Source: Squalus acanthias
Lineage: Eukaryota
Length of the DNA: 64,000 nucleotides
NCBI GenBank assembly: GCA_030390025.1
Contig: CM059431.1
Location: forward strand, 100,504,001 to 100,568,000
Reading direction: 5' to 3'
Part shown: one piece after another, positions 49,623 to 61,569 of the stretch
How positions within the stretch are numbered: the first letter of the stretch is position 1
Layout: every line of letters starts with the position of its first letter
Notes under the pieces: model-generated
What the model was told of the DNA's origin: nothing
What the model saw: the letters and a program-made list of their open reading frames with translations, nothing else
The model's database searches: none
Position numbers and translations under genes: made by a program

Positions 49623-50727
49623 GTCAAACAACTGCCCCAGTAAAATTGGTAACAATCAAAGGCGGTTACATACAGTGGGGTGGGTTCAATCATCTCCACT
49701 TTTGCCAGGACAGCAACAGCAGTCAATAGGAGCTGCGGTGACTTTGAGTAGGAGGCGAGGTGCGGCCGACTCTGGGAGCACGTGGTGGCTGGCTGACAAG
49801 TCTTTGCTGTCGTTTTTTAGCTTGCCAGATGTGAGCCTATACTTTTAACAAAAAACTTTAAAGTAGTTATGTCCCCTCCACTGCACTCCTGCGTATCAAT
49901 ACATGTTTATAAAAGCAGGGAAAATGAAAAACAAGGTTGTACAATTATTCGGCAAACGCACACATTAAAACTCCCCGCAAGAAAACAAATACGTGAAGCA
50001 TGGGAGATTAGTTTTAATTCACAGCTTGGAGACTACTTCAGCTGAGGAAGCAGCAGCAGCTACTTTTTCCCACAACACAACATAAACATCAGAATTTGGA
50101 AAGCGCAGAACATAACAAAGTACCGGCTTGCTTATGCTGCAGCTTACACCGTGCCAACATAAATTAGCAAACTTTTGGTCACTCAAGCAGTACACAGCAG
50201 ACTACATGATCAAAATAGTTTCCTCCTCGTTAGTTTACTTTGTAGTCAATTTTATAGACTATTTAAAAAGACTCCCCTGAAGAACAAGATTCAATTCACA
50301 GTATTTCCTTCGTAAACATGAGCTCAATTAGCATAGTGCGGTAAAGTTGTTATCCTAGGTTTTCGCGCAGTGATGTCGTTTAAACATTTAGCTATAAAAT
50401 TCTGAAAGCTTATTATAGGATGAGACTTGATAGGATCAAAGAAATTTTCAGCCCCACATTAGTACTTGCATCTTATGTTTACTCAGGATAAAAATATTGT
50501 TTTGTTGACCTAGTTAGGCTGCATTTTGCAGAGAGCCGGCACAGGCTCGACAGGCCAAATGGCCTCCTTCTGTGCTGTAACCATGCTATGATTCTTCTAT
50601 GATTCTATTTAAAAATCGGATCGTGCAATCAACCTTTTAAAAAATGTCACCACCTCCTCAAATGATTCTACATAGTTTCTTTAAAAAAAAATCAGTTTAA
50701 ATCTGATCTAGCCTTCTCGGTTACATA

Positions 50728-51645
50728 AACTGGGCTTGTATTCCCTGGAACACAGAAGGTTAAGGGGTGATTGGATTGAGGTTTTTAGGATTTTGAAAAG
50801 CATTGATGGGGTAGATAGAGAGAAACTTTTTCCGCTGGTGGGGGGAGTCTAGGACAAGGGGGCACAACCTTAAAATCAGAGCCAGGCCGTCCAGGAGAGG
50901 AGTTAGGAAACACTTCTTCACGCAAAGAGTGGTAAAAGTGTGGAACTCTCTCCCACAAAAAGCAGTAGATGCCAGCTCAATTAATCATTTTAAATCCGAG
51001 ATCGATCGATTTTTGCTCGACAAGGGTATAAAAGGACATGGAGTTAAGATACAGATCAGCCATGATCTAAGTGAATGGCGGAAAGGGCACGAGGGGCTAA
51101 ATGGCCTCCTCCTGTTCCTATGTCACAGTACCAACAACAACTTGCATTTATATAGTGCCTTCAAAGTAGAAAAACATCCCAAGGTGCTTCACAGAGGTGT
51201 AAGCAAAAAAGAAAAACTGCTCCCTCCAATTCCACGTTATTTACCTTGGTCGAGTTGATATGATGGTGCAGACACTTCCTAACTGCCCCATGTACAAGTT
51301 TCACCTGAAAAGAGTTTCAACAACTTGTATTTATATAGCGCCTTTAACGTAGTAAAACGTCCCAAGGTGCTTCACAGGCTTGTTACAAAACAAAAATTTG
51401 ACATCGAGCCACCTAAGGAGAAATTAGGGCAGGTGACCAAAAGCTTGGTCAAAGAGGTAGATTTTAAGGAGCGTCTTAAAGGAGGAGAGAGAGGTAGAGA
51501 GGCGGAGGGGTTTAGGCAGGGAATTCCAGACCTTAGGGCCTAGGCAACTGAAGGCACGGCCATCAATGGTTGAGCGATTATAATCAAGGATGCTCAAGAG
51601 GGCAGAATTAGAGGAGCGCAGATATCTCGGGGGGTTGTGGGGATG
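50728..51645. mobile_element. CR1 3' fragment (+, 50728-51123) followed by two antisense L2 3' ends (51130-51200, 51320-51645)
   Basis: CR1 WNSLPQKAV; (CAA)n CTTG.ATTTATATAG tails. Confidence 0.82.
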
Positions 51646-52019
51646 GTCTGTGCTGGTTCTTTGCTAGAGCAATCCAAAAGTAATCTCATTGCCCTGTTCT
51701 CTCTCCATTACATTCTCACTTCCATCATAATTTGAAAAGTATTTCATATCGCTGCCAAATCTTCACCCTCCACAATTAGCCTCCCCATTTCATCCCGAAG
51801 TGGTCTGACCCTCTCGAACTATTCTGGTACTTTGCAAATGCTTATCAAAGCTATTACTATTTCTTTTTCTATCAACTGCTAGCCTTTTTCATATTCCCTG
51901 TTAGCCCTTCTAATCTCCTTTTCACCTCCCCTATGATACTTTCTATATTCCTCATGATTATCTTTACCATTGCTTCCCCCCCGCCGGCCCCCCCACATTT
52001 TATCATGCACCTCCCTTTA

Positions 52020-52323
52020 CTAGAACTAGGGGTCATAGTCTCAGGATAAGGGGTTGGCCAATTAGGACTGAGATGAGGAGAAATTTCTTCACTCAGAGGG
52101 TGGTGAATCTTTGGAATTCTTTACCCCAGAGAGCTGTGGATGCTGAATCATTGAGTATATTCAAGACTGAGATCGATAGATTATTGGATACTAAGGGAAC
52201 AAGGGATATGGAGATCGGGCGGGAAAGTGGAGTTGAGGTAGAAGATCAGCCATGATCTTATTGAATGGCGGAGCAGGCTCGTGGACCGAATGGCCGACTC
52301 CTGGTCCTAATTCTTATGTTCTT
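52020..52323 (+). mobile_element. CR1 3' fragment
   Basis: ORF 52073-52255 and 3' UTR. Confidence 0.88.
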
Positions 52324-52759
52324 AAAATTTCAGTTCAGTTTTAATCTCTCTATCCACATTATTCTGTTCCTTTTCACAATAGGGGAATATATTTATTTTG
52401 TATTGACATGAATCTTGTATGAAGTAATACTGGGCGGCCTGCTGGTGGCACTGTCCAGGGAGAGTATAAATACTCGGGCATGGGCCCAGCTTGCTTTGGA
52501 CATTCCTCAACAGGAACTAGTGAAGGACACAACTGGAGCTCCAATTTAGAAAACAGTTGATTAAAGCTTTTTTTAACGCTTAGACCAAGTGCCTAGTAGT
52601 TTTCTTACATCATGTATTATATCCATCTCATATACATAAAGAGAGCAGGGATATGCAGGGAGCAGAGCAAAATAAGCAGAAAGAATGCCAGCATAAAAGA
52701 AATACGTGTAGACAGGAACTATTTACAAACATAATGTAAGAGTGAATGGCTGCGCGGGA

Positions 52760-53650
52760 AAGCGAGAGAGAGAATGAAGCAGGCAAAAAATGAGGGAAGA
52801 GAGAAAGAGGAGGAAAGGCAGAGAAAAGAGGGAGAAAATGAAGGGAAGAGAAGATGAGAGAAAGGGAAGATAGAGGGAGAAAGAAAAAATGCCGAGGGGT
52901 GAAAGAGAGACAATGAAAGTGAGAAAGAATTAAAAATTAAAAGCAGGAAAGTGAAAGAGGGAAACAGAGTAAGACAAGGGAGGGAGCGAGAAATAGGGCG
53001 TGAGGGAGAGAGAATAGAGAAAGAGCAAGAAAGAAAGCAAGCAAGGGAAACAAAGTGAGAAACAGAACGAACATAAGCAAGAAAAACCACAAGCTAAATA
53101 GCACGAGCAAAGCACGTAAGTGATAGCGAGGGACCGAAAAAGAGCAAGTGGAAAGACTGAAGAGGAAGCGTGAATGAATGTGTGAGAGAAACAGTGAACA
53201 ACCGAGAAACTGTGAAGGAAAGAATGAGAAAGAGAATGCGACAGAAAACATAAGTGAGGAATGTGTAAATAAAAGTCTCCCTTTTTTAAGGAGAAAGAGA
53301 GCAAAAGAGCAAGGCAGAGAGGAGCAAGTGAGCAAGAAAGAAGAAGCAAGAAAAAGAAACAGCAAACGCACAAGAGAAATAGTGAGCGAGACACAGAAAA
53401 AGGGATCAACAGATAAAAGTTTCACTGTGTAGAAAGAGAGAAAGAGTGAGGGAGAGGAGAGAGAGAAAGAAAGGGAGGGAGAAAGAAAGAAAGGGAGGAG
53501 GAAAGAAGGAAAGAGTGAGAGAGGGGAGGGGGCAGAGAGAGAGAGAGAGAGGAAGAGAGAAAGAGAGAGAGAGAGAAAGAAAGAAAGAAAGAAAGGGAGG
53601 GAGAAAGAAAGGGATGGAGAAGGAAAGAAGGAAAGAAAGAGTGAGAGATT
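52760..53650. repeat. Degenerate (GA/GAAA) polypurine tract
   Basis: Strong purine bias, (GA)n and (GAAA)n runs. Confidence 0.9.
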
Positions 53651-55045
53651 TACAGACAAAGCCCCTACTGTGCACTGTATGTTTAGAATATATCCTTGTT
53701 GTTCTATTCTGTTTTAATCTTATTGAGGTTAGAGACAGATATAACCCAAGTAACTAAAATCTGGGGTGCATTGGTACATGGAGTGATGGAATATTGGCTT
53801 ATGTCAACCACTTTGCCAAAAGTGAGCTGTTGATTCCTGCCATGTCAGTGTGGGAGGAAGGGGGAAATATATCAGAAGGAAGGTCATCCCTAGATTGCCC
53901 ATACCTAGCTGCGAATAGCTGGCTCAGAGTGGCACTACTCGGGGGCCTGGGAACCAGATGCCCTCAGAGAAGTGTCTGGCACAAGAAAACCTGGGCAGAG
54001 TAGGAAAACAAGAGCGGGAGAATTGCACCCCCGTAAAAAAAAAAGTAAGGCAGAATCTGACGAGGAAGTTACTGGCGGGTGTGTTGAAAAAGCACAATGA
54101 GGAGTTTTTTTGTTATTGAGGTGAAAAGTACCGTCTAGACAGAAAGACATACAACTACAGACCAGCAGCAGAAAGTCCTCACTTCTTGCAGCTTGAATGG
54201 ATTAAATAAACTCATTATTTCAACTTATAAAACTGAACCATCCTAATTCCACTTTATTGTCAGAGCAGGTTATCCTGTGGTTCTCTTTCAATGAAGAGGG
54301 TTTCAAGTGACACTGCACCCAATTTTTTCCTGCTTTTGCCATCTAAAATTAGTTCCACTTAGCTGGGTATCAATGACCTATTCAATGTGAGATGTAGCAA
54401 GGGTACAATCAGCACGATACTTACCGCCTCCACTGTACGCTTATCACAAGTCGAGGATGAGCAAAGGTAACAAGGCGTTAAAGGATCGAAACAAAGGTAC
54501 CATTCATACAGCAGTGTTTCAGAACATTTCAAGGCTTTGCATACAGTCATTTGCTATTCTAGGGGGAAGAGATTATCAACTGTTGTGGACAAAATTAAAT
54601 TGTAGACTTTTTGGGAAAACTCATAATAAGCGAGAAAATTATACATAACACGATATCGCCGCCACCCCCCACCCGTCTTCCATGTCCACTTCAGCTTTAT
54701 TTGTTATTGAAATAAAGATTTTTGTTTATTCATCGCCCTTAGTACAAAGAATTCAAATCGCACTGCTTCAGCCAAACAATGGAATACATCCGTGGAAACA
54801 TTTCTCCAGTGTATTTTTAAAGTTGCGCTTAAGAGGTCTGCTACATCCTTCCCCAAAGGATTGGCAAGTTTAACCAGCGAGCGACTGAGTCAGGCACACA
54901 GTAAAGGTCCACAGTCCAGCCCTAGTCGTTGAGTTAGCTCTTCTACGCTGAAGCATCAGCTGTGGTGACTGGCCTCGGTGCCTTTGGATTGCAAAGAGGA
55001 AAACTGGTTCGGAGTCCTGCTCCCGATCGCCCAGCAGTGATCCTG

Positions 55046-56470
55046 GGGAAGAGAGTGTGGTAGAGGGAGGAGGGGGGAGGGGAGATAGTGTAGGGGGGGT
55101 TAGGGGGAGGGGAGAGGGGGAAGAGGTGAGAGGGGGAGGGGTGAGAGAGGGGGTGGGGAGAGAGGGGGGAGGGGGGAGAGAGGGGGAGGGGGAGGGAGAG
55201 GGGGAGGGGGGAGGGAGAGGGGGAGGGGGGAGGGAGAGGGGGAGGGAGGGGGAGAGGGAGAGAGGGAGAGAGGGGGAGGGGGAGGGGGAGAGAGGGGAGA
55301 GGGGAGAGAGGGGGAGGGGGAGGGAGAGGGGGAGGGGGGAGGGAGAGGGGGGGAGGGAGAGGGGGAGGGAGGGGGAGAGGGAGAGAGGGAGAGAGGGAGG
55401 GGGAGAGAGGGGGAGGGGGAGAGAGGGGAGAGGGGGAGAGAGGGGGGAGGGGGAGAGAGGGGGGAGGGGAGGGGGAGAGAGGGGGGAGGGGAGGGGGAGA
55501 GAGGGGGGGAGGGGAGGGGAGATGGGGAGGGGAGAGAGAGGGGGAGGGGAGAGAGGGGGTGGGGGGGAGAGGGGGTGGGGGAGAGAGGGGGTGGAGGAGA
55601 GAGGAGGTGGGGGAGAGAGGAGGTGGGGAGAGAGAGGGGGAGAGAGGAGGTGGGGAGAGAGGGGGAGAGAGGAGGTGGGGAGAGAGGGGTGGGGGAGTGG
55701 GGGGGAGAGGGGGAGTGGGGGGGAGAGGGGGAGTGGGGGGGAGAGGGGGAGAGAGGGGGAGGGGGGAGAGGGAGAGAGAGGGGGTGGGGAGAGAGCGGGG
55801 GAGGGGGGAGAGCGGGAGAGAGCGGGGGGAGGGGGAGAGGGAGAGGGAGAGCGGGGGAGGGGGAGAGAGGGGGAGGGGGAGAGAGGGGGAAGGGGAGAAA
55901 GGGGGAAGGGGAGAAAGGGGGAAGGGGAGAGAGGGGGAAGGGGAGAGAGGGGGAAGGGGAGAGAGGGGGAAGGGGAGAGAGGGGGAAGGGGAGAGAGGGG
56001 GAGGGGAGAGAGGGGGAGGGGAGAGAGGGGGAGGGAAGAGAGGGGGACGCGAGGGAAGAGAGGGGGAGGGGAGAGAGAGGGGGAGGGGGAGAGTGGGGGA
56101 GGGGGAGAGTGGGGGAGGGGGAGAGTGGGGGAGGGGGAGAGAGGGGGTGAGGAGAGAGGGGGTGAGGAGAGAGGGGAAGGGGAGAAAGGGGGGTGAGGAG
56201 GGGGTGGGGAGAGAGGGGAGGGGGAGAGAGGGGGAGGGGGAGAGAGGGGAGGGGGAGAGAGGGGGAGGGGGAGAGAGGGGGGAGGGGGAGAGGGGGGAGG
56301 GGAGAGAGGGGGGGAGGGGAGAGAGGGGGGAGGGGAGAGAGGGGGGGAGGGGAGAGAGGGGGGGGAGGCGAGAGGGGGGGAGGCGAGAGAGGGGGGGAGG
56401 TGAGGGAGAGGGGGAGGGAGAAAGGGGCAGGGGAAGAACAGGGCATTTGGGGGCAAGAGAGAGGGGGGAA
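55046..56470. repeat. ~1.4-kb G/A polypurine satellite (GGGGAGAGA-type units)
   Basis: Nearly all G/A on + strand. Confidence 0.97.
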
Positions 56471-56947
56471 GGATTTTGATAAAAACTCTTTTACCTCTCC
56501 GGAACAAATTCAAATTTTTATTTTGGGGGAATGTTTTTGTCTCTTTAAATTTTATACCTTATTTCACTCTTTTTCTGCAGTTGTTTATGATGAATCTGTA
56601 AGCTATCTACTACCACCACCACAACAACTATTGCACACCTGCTTGTAGGATAGCCAGAGTTTCCTACCCCATTGAAATCCAATTGATGCTTTGGCATTTT
56701 TCTCCCCCCATTCCTCGCAGAATTCAAATTGGCATTCTTCTCCCCCTCCCCCCCCCCCGTTCAAGATAGGTCCTTTCTTCTCCCCCTCCAATTTCCTGCC
56801 AGTGTTCTTTTCTTTCCCCCCACCGACCCCCGTCTCTCCCCCCCCCCCCCCGCCCATTTTAATGCTTACACACTGCCCTTGATGCAGAATTAATTGAGGT
56901 GTTTCAAAGATAAATAGATAATTACTTGGGAAGAAATTGTATGAAGG

Positions 56948-57232
56948 GATAAGGGGTCGGCCATTTAGGACTGAGATGAGGAGAAATTTCTTCACTCAGA
57001 GGGTGGTGAATCTTTGGAATTCTCTACCCCAGAGGGCTGTGGAGGCTCAGTCGTTAAGTATATTCAAGACAGAGATCGATAGACTTTTGAATATTAAGGG
57101 AATCAAGGGATATGGGGATAGTGCAGGAAAGTGGAGTTGAGGTAGAAGATCAGCCATGATCTTATTGAATGGCGGAGCAGGCTCGAAGGGTCAAATGGCC
57201 GAATCCTGCTCCTATTTCTTATGTTCTTATGT
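56948..57232 (+). mobile_element. CR1 3' fragment
   Basis: ORF 56937-57140; (TTCTTATG)n tail. Confidence 0.9.
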
Positions 57233-57556
57233 CCTTAGCGGCAAATATTGACTTCATCAGAAGCAAGCCTAATCCGGCCCATATGCATACATATCCATCA
57301 GGAGCAGGTATGCTGTCTGATTTCTCTCTCTCTAATCCAAATATGTCAATTGTAGCGCCCTACCAGTGGTACAGGTAACTTAGCACATACCTGGAACCTC
57401 CCTGCTCCATATGGCTCAGGTAATCAGAGCATGAATAACCGAGCCACTGAAGAAGCCACCATTTCACTTTCAAGTATGACTTTAGCAACTGGTCTGGGTA
57501 AAATCTGATCGATCTATTATAAAACAGACAAGTTTGAATTAAGTTCTGTGACTTTA

Positions 57557-57730
57557 GGGGTAATTTTAACCTAACTGGGCCGAGTGGGAAACCCGCTCGT
57601 TCGGAAACTGATGGGGTCGGGCGAATGCTGGTTTTACTCCCTGCCAGATATTACTCTCCACTGACGCAAAACCAGCGTTGCCCCCGATCCCGTCAGTTTC
57701 TGAACGAGCGGGTTAGGTTAGAATTTCCCC
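57557..57730. mobile_element. Hairpin MITE (~175 bp), Harbinger-like ends
   Basis: Ends GGGGTAATTTTAACCTAAC / GTTAGGTTAGAATTTCCCC; long internal inverted arms; TTA on the left flank. Confidence 0.7.
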
Positions 57731-57962
57731 CTTCGTTTCTGGTTAGTAATCAAATATTTAACTGCGTGTGTCTTTTTAAAATAAAAAAACTGGGGTGCAG
57801 TCAAATTGACGCGATTGTTGGTGGAGGTCCTACAATTCGGCAGAAAACTGGCTTTGTAGGCACCTCATTCATTGTGACAATCTCCAAGAAACAAATTATC
57901 TTTACATGAAACACAAAAAAATGTCCACCGTTATACAATTGCCACTGTGGAGTAAGTTAAAC

Positions 57963-58370
57963 TAGAATCATAGAACAGTACAGCAGAGAAGGAGGCCTTT
58001 CAGCCCACCGAGTCTGCGCCGGCTCTTTCCAAGAGCTATCCAGTTAGTCCCATTCCCCCGCAATTTTTCTTCATTCAAGTATTTATCCGAATCCCTTTTG
58101 AATCTGCCTCCACCACCCTATCAGGCAGCGCATTCCAAATCCTAATCACTCGCTGCGTAAAAAAGTTTCCCCTCATGTCACCTCTGGTTCTTTTGCCAAT
58201 CACCTTAAATCTGTGCCCTCTGGTCATCGACCCTTCAGCCACTGGAAACAGTTTCTCTTTATGTACTCTATCTAAACCCATCATGATTTTTAGCATCGCT
58301 ATCAAATCTCCTCTTAGCCTTCTCCGCGACAAGACGACCAACTCCAGTTTCTCCAGTCTACCCATGTAAC
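57963..58370 (-). mobile_element. CR1 3' fragment
   Basis: ORF 58075-58365. Confidence 0.85.
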
Positions 58371-58894
58371 TGTCGAGGTCATTTTTATATCGTCAATTTG
58401 AGAAACATCATTAAACAAGCCAATAAGTATATTTTTTTCTCGGTCGGCCAGTTGTCTGACACACATGGAACTCATCACCACATTTAAGAGTCTCCAACCG
58501 AAGCTACTGAGATATCTGCACCAACCTGTCGGGTTTCTCATTGCTCAATATGGGGTGTACACTCTTTCCCTGTAGGGACAATTTCCACGTACACGAGTCT
58601 AGAGAGCTTAGGCACCCCCAAATGTGCAAGGTAGGGTACTGCTGAAGTTTAATGTTAAGCCCGCACAGCTTAGTACAAGTGCTTTCCGCTGCTCGTCCAG
58701 CCAGGACTAGCCTACCCATTGGGACGTAGACCTTCATGGTTATCTGGAGTCCATAGGAAAGAATGCCAGTCCCCAATAACAGGTCTACCTCAAATAGGTT
58801 GCATTAGGGAGCCAGGCCAGGCTGGCCAATCATTAACGGTACCCTGGGAGGGGTTGACTTGATTCCAATCTTCCATCGTGTCATCTTGGAACCC

Positions 58895-60230
58895 ATCTTC
58901 GTCTTCTTAGGCAGTCACTCGGAACCGAGGATGACTTGCTTCCACACTAAAAATGAGTTCTCAGGTGACTGATGAGTTCAATGCGGGACCTACAGTCTCT
59001 GTCACAGGTGGGGCAGACGGTGGTTGAAGGGGCGGGTGGGTGGGGTGCTTGGGTTGACGTGCGCTCCTTCCACTGTTTGCGTTTGGCTTCTGCTTGCTCC
59101 CAGCGAAGAGACTCGAGGTGTTCGGCGCCTTCCCAGATGCTTCTCCTCCACTTTGTGCTCTAGTCTTGGGCCAGGGATTCCCAGGTGTCAGTGGGGATGT
59201 TGCACTTTTTCAAGGAGGCTTCGAGGGTGTCCTCAAAGCGTTTCCTCTGCCCACCTGGGGCTCTCCTGCCGTGTCGGAGCTCCGAGTAGAGCGCTTGTTT
59301 TGGGAGTCTCGTATCGGGCATCGGAGCTGATCGAGCGTGGTCAAAGCTTCGATGCTGGGGATGTTGGCCTGAGCGAGAACACTGACGTTGGTGCACCTAT
59401 CCTGCCAATGGATTTTCAGGATCTTGCGGAGGCAGCGTTGGTGGTACCTCTCTAGTACTTTGAGGTGCCTGCTGTACATGGTCCATGTCTCTGAAGCATA
59501 CAGGAGGGCGGGTATCACTGCTGCTCTGTAGACCATGAGCTTGGTGCTGGGTTTGAGGTCCTGGTGTTCAAACACTCTCTTCCTCAGGTGACCGAAGGCT
59601 GCACTGGCACACTGAAGGCGGTGTTGGACTTCGTCATCGACATCTGCCCTTGTTGACAGTAGACTCCCGAGGTATGGAAAATGGTTCACGTTGTCCAAAG
59701 CCTCGTCATGGATTTTGATAATCGGGGAGCAGTACTGTCTGGCGGGGGCAGGTTGGTAGAGGACCTTTGTCTTACGGATGTTTAGTGTAAGGCCCATGCT
59801 CTCGTACGCTTCAGTGAAGGTGCTGACGATGGTTTGGAGTTCGGCCTCAGAGTGTGCGCAGATGCAAGCGTCGTCTGCATACGGTAATTCGATGACAGAG
59901 GATGGGACGACCTTGGATCTGGACTGGAGGCGACGGAGGTTGAACCGTTTCCCATTTGTTCTGTAGATTAGCTCCACTCCAGCGGGGAGCTTACTGAGGG
60001 TGAGATAGAGCATTGCAGCCAGGAAGATCAAGAAGAGCGTTGGTGTGATGACACAGCCTTGCTTGACCCCGGTCCGTACGTGAATTGGGTCTGTGGTGGA
60101 TCCATTGGTCAGGATCATGGCTTGCATGTCGTCCTGAAACAGGCGGAGGATGGTGACAAACTTTTGAGGGCAGCCGAATTTGAGGAGGACACTCCATAAT
60201 CCCGCACGGTTGACGGTGTCGAAGGCACAC
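58895..60230 (-). mobile_element. RTE-clade LINE, 5'-truncated (RT + C-terminus + GAA-rich tail)
   Basis: AFDTVNRAGLW..GCPQKF..TGVKQGCV..YADD..FPYLGS..LLYASETW; RLPKQALYSEL..GGQRKRF; 3' end ..GACTGCCTAAGAAGACGAAG. Confidence 0.9.
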
Positions 60231-60399
60231 CTCAAAAGGAACCCACCCCACCCCCCCAAGAACATGCAAGAAAAATACTTTGCGCAGGCTTTTAAAGTAG
60301 AATAGGCCTTTTAGATTTAAAGTTGTTATCGTCAGCAGTTTGTGTAACTGTCCTCGTACACCTACGTCAAAAGATATTTTGTCTACTGTGGTTATCTGG

Positions 60400-61141
60400 G
60401 GGGAAAAATTCGGTTGATTTGCGCCTCCCGTTAGCACCCGAATGGGGCGCAAAGCAACTAGCGCCTGGGCGTGGCGCTGCTAACGCCTCCCGCGAAATTC
60501 AGTGGGAGGTTAGCGGCGGCGGTAACCGTTAGCGCCCCGCGGCGCTGCGCCGCCAGCGATGATGTCATCACCGTGAGCAGCGCTCCGCTTGCGCCCCGGC
60601 CGCGATCTTCGGTCGCGCCCCCTGACTTACCACCGGACGCTATGTCTGACTGGGTCAAGGGGGCCTACCTGTGGCCGGGACGATGCAAATGAAAGGGAAG
60701 GTGCCGGGCGGCCATTTTTGTTGCTGGCCGCCTGCCAGCACCTACCCACTTTTCCGTCCCCAGCCTTCTGTGAAGCCCCCCCACCGCGGGGTACCGGCTG
60801 TACTCCGTGAGCCCGGCACTTCTCTCGAGTGCTGGGCACTTTTGCCGGCACTCGGATCCCTGGTGGCCCAGCTGTGCCGGGTCGCGCTGCACTAGGCCCC
60901 TCCCCTTTAATAAGGGGAGGAAGGTCTACAATAGCATGGCGCGACGTGCCGCAGAACGTGGCGTTGCAGCACGTAGCGCCGTGATATTCACTCGCAGCGC
61001 CCCAAGAGGGAGGCGGGGCGCTTCCAGTAGCGCCCCGCCTCCCTCTTGGGGCGCTACCGGTGAATTTCGGGCGCAGGGGCGCTAACTTTTTCAGGGCGCT
61101 AAAAGTAGCGCCCCAAAGGGGGCGCGACCCAATTTTTCCCC
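60400..61141. mobile_element. GC/CpG-rich MITE (~740 bp), probably non-autonomous Harbinger
   Basis: Ends GGGGAAAAATTCGGT / ACCCAATTTTTCCCC; many subterminal AGCGCC/GGCGCT motifs; TSD not clean. Confidence 0.7.
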
Positions 61142-61569
61142 TTGTGTTTATGGGATCATTGCATGGAACTATTTGGTTGACTGTTTCTGCCTGTTTTGGA
61201 ATGTGCAGAAGTGGTTAGGAGGATGCTTGGTTTGGGGAAACATTGAAATCTATTGACATACAGGCACAAAAAGAACGCTCAAATTACCAGAATATAACCA
61301 GTGATTTAATGTATATAAGGCAGGCACAAAGTATAGACCATCAGCACGTATTCAGAGCGAGACTGGACACGCTCAAGTGTTGAATGCTCGAGGGGCTGAA
61401 TGGCCGACTCCCGTTCCTATCAGACCCTGAAATGGATTTTCGCAATAATTGAAGAAAGATGGAAAATAATGAAGCACCTTTCCCCTCCTTCTCAGTGCAG
61501 TTCCACAAGACAGTCTGCAGGCTAAAGTTTGGCATCCACCAGGATTTCTAGGTATGGATTTCTGATGGT

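Noticed and set aside
49720..49840. Possible minus-strand terminal exon AHIWQAKKRQQRLVSQPP..SSY* or a plus-strand 10-nt microexon
   Set aside because: Weak acceptor, no recognisable homology; both readings are compatible with chance
48479..49848. 390-aa and other repetitive ORFs; CRISPR-like appearance
   Set aside because: Translation of a 41-bp tandem repeat (not a multiple of 3); no unique spacers, no cas genes, eukaryotic context
52433..52455. CTCF-like motifs (also ~36680)
   Set aside because: Imperfect matches expected by chance; cannot be supported without ChIP or conservation data
52719..53757. Hydrophobic Phe/Leu/Ser-rich ORFs resembling membrane proteins
   Set aside because: Translation of a CT-rich low-complexity strand
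54870..56513. Long ORFs of 300-550 aa (Pro/Ser/Leu-rich or Gly/Glu/Arg-rich)
   Set aside because: Artefacts of the G/A satellite, which lacks stop codons
58500..58890. Trp-rich broken frame, possible viral or ERV relic
   Set aside because: Multiple stops, no diagnostic motif
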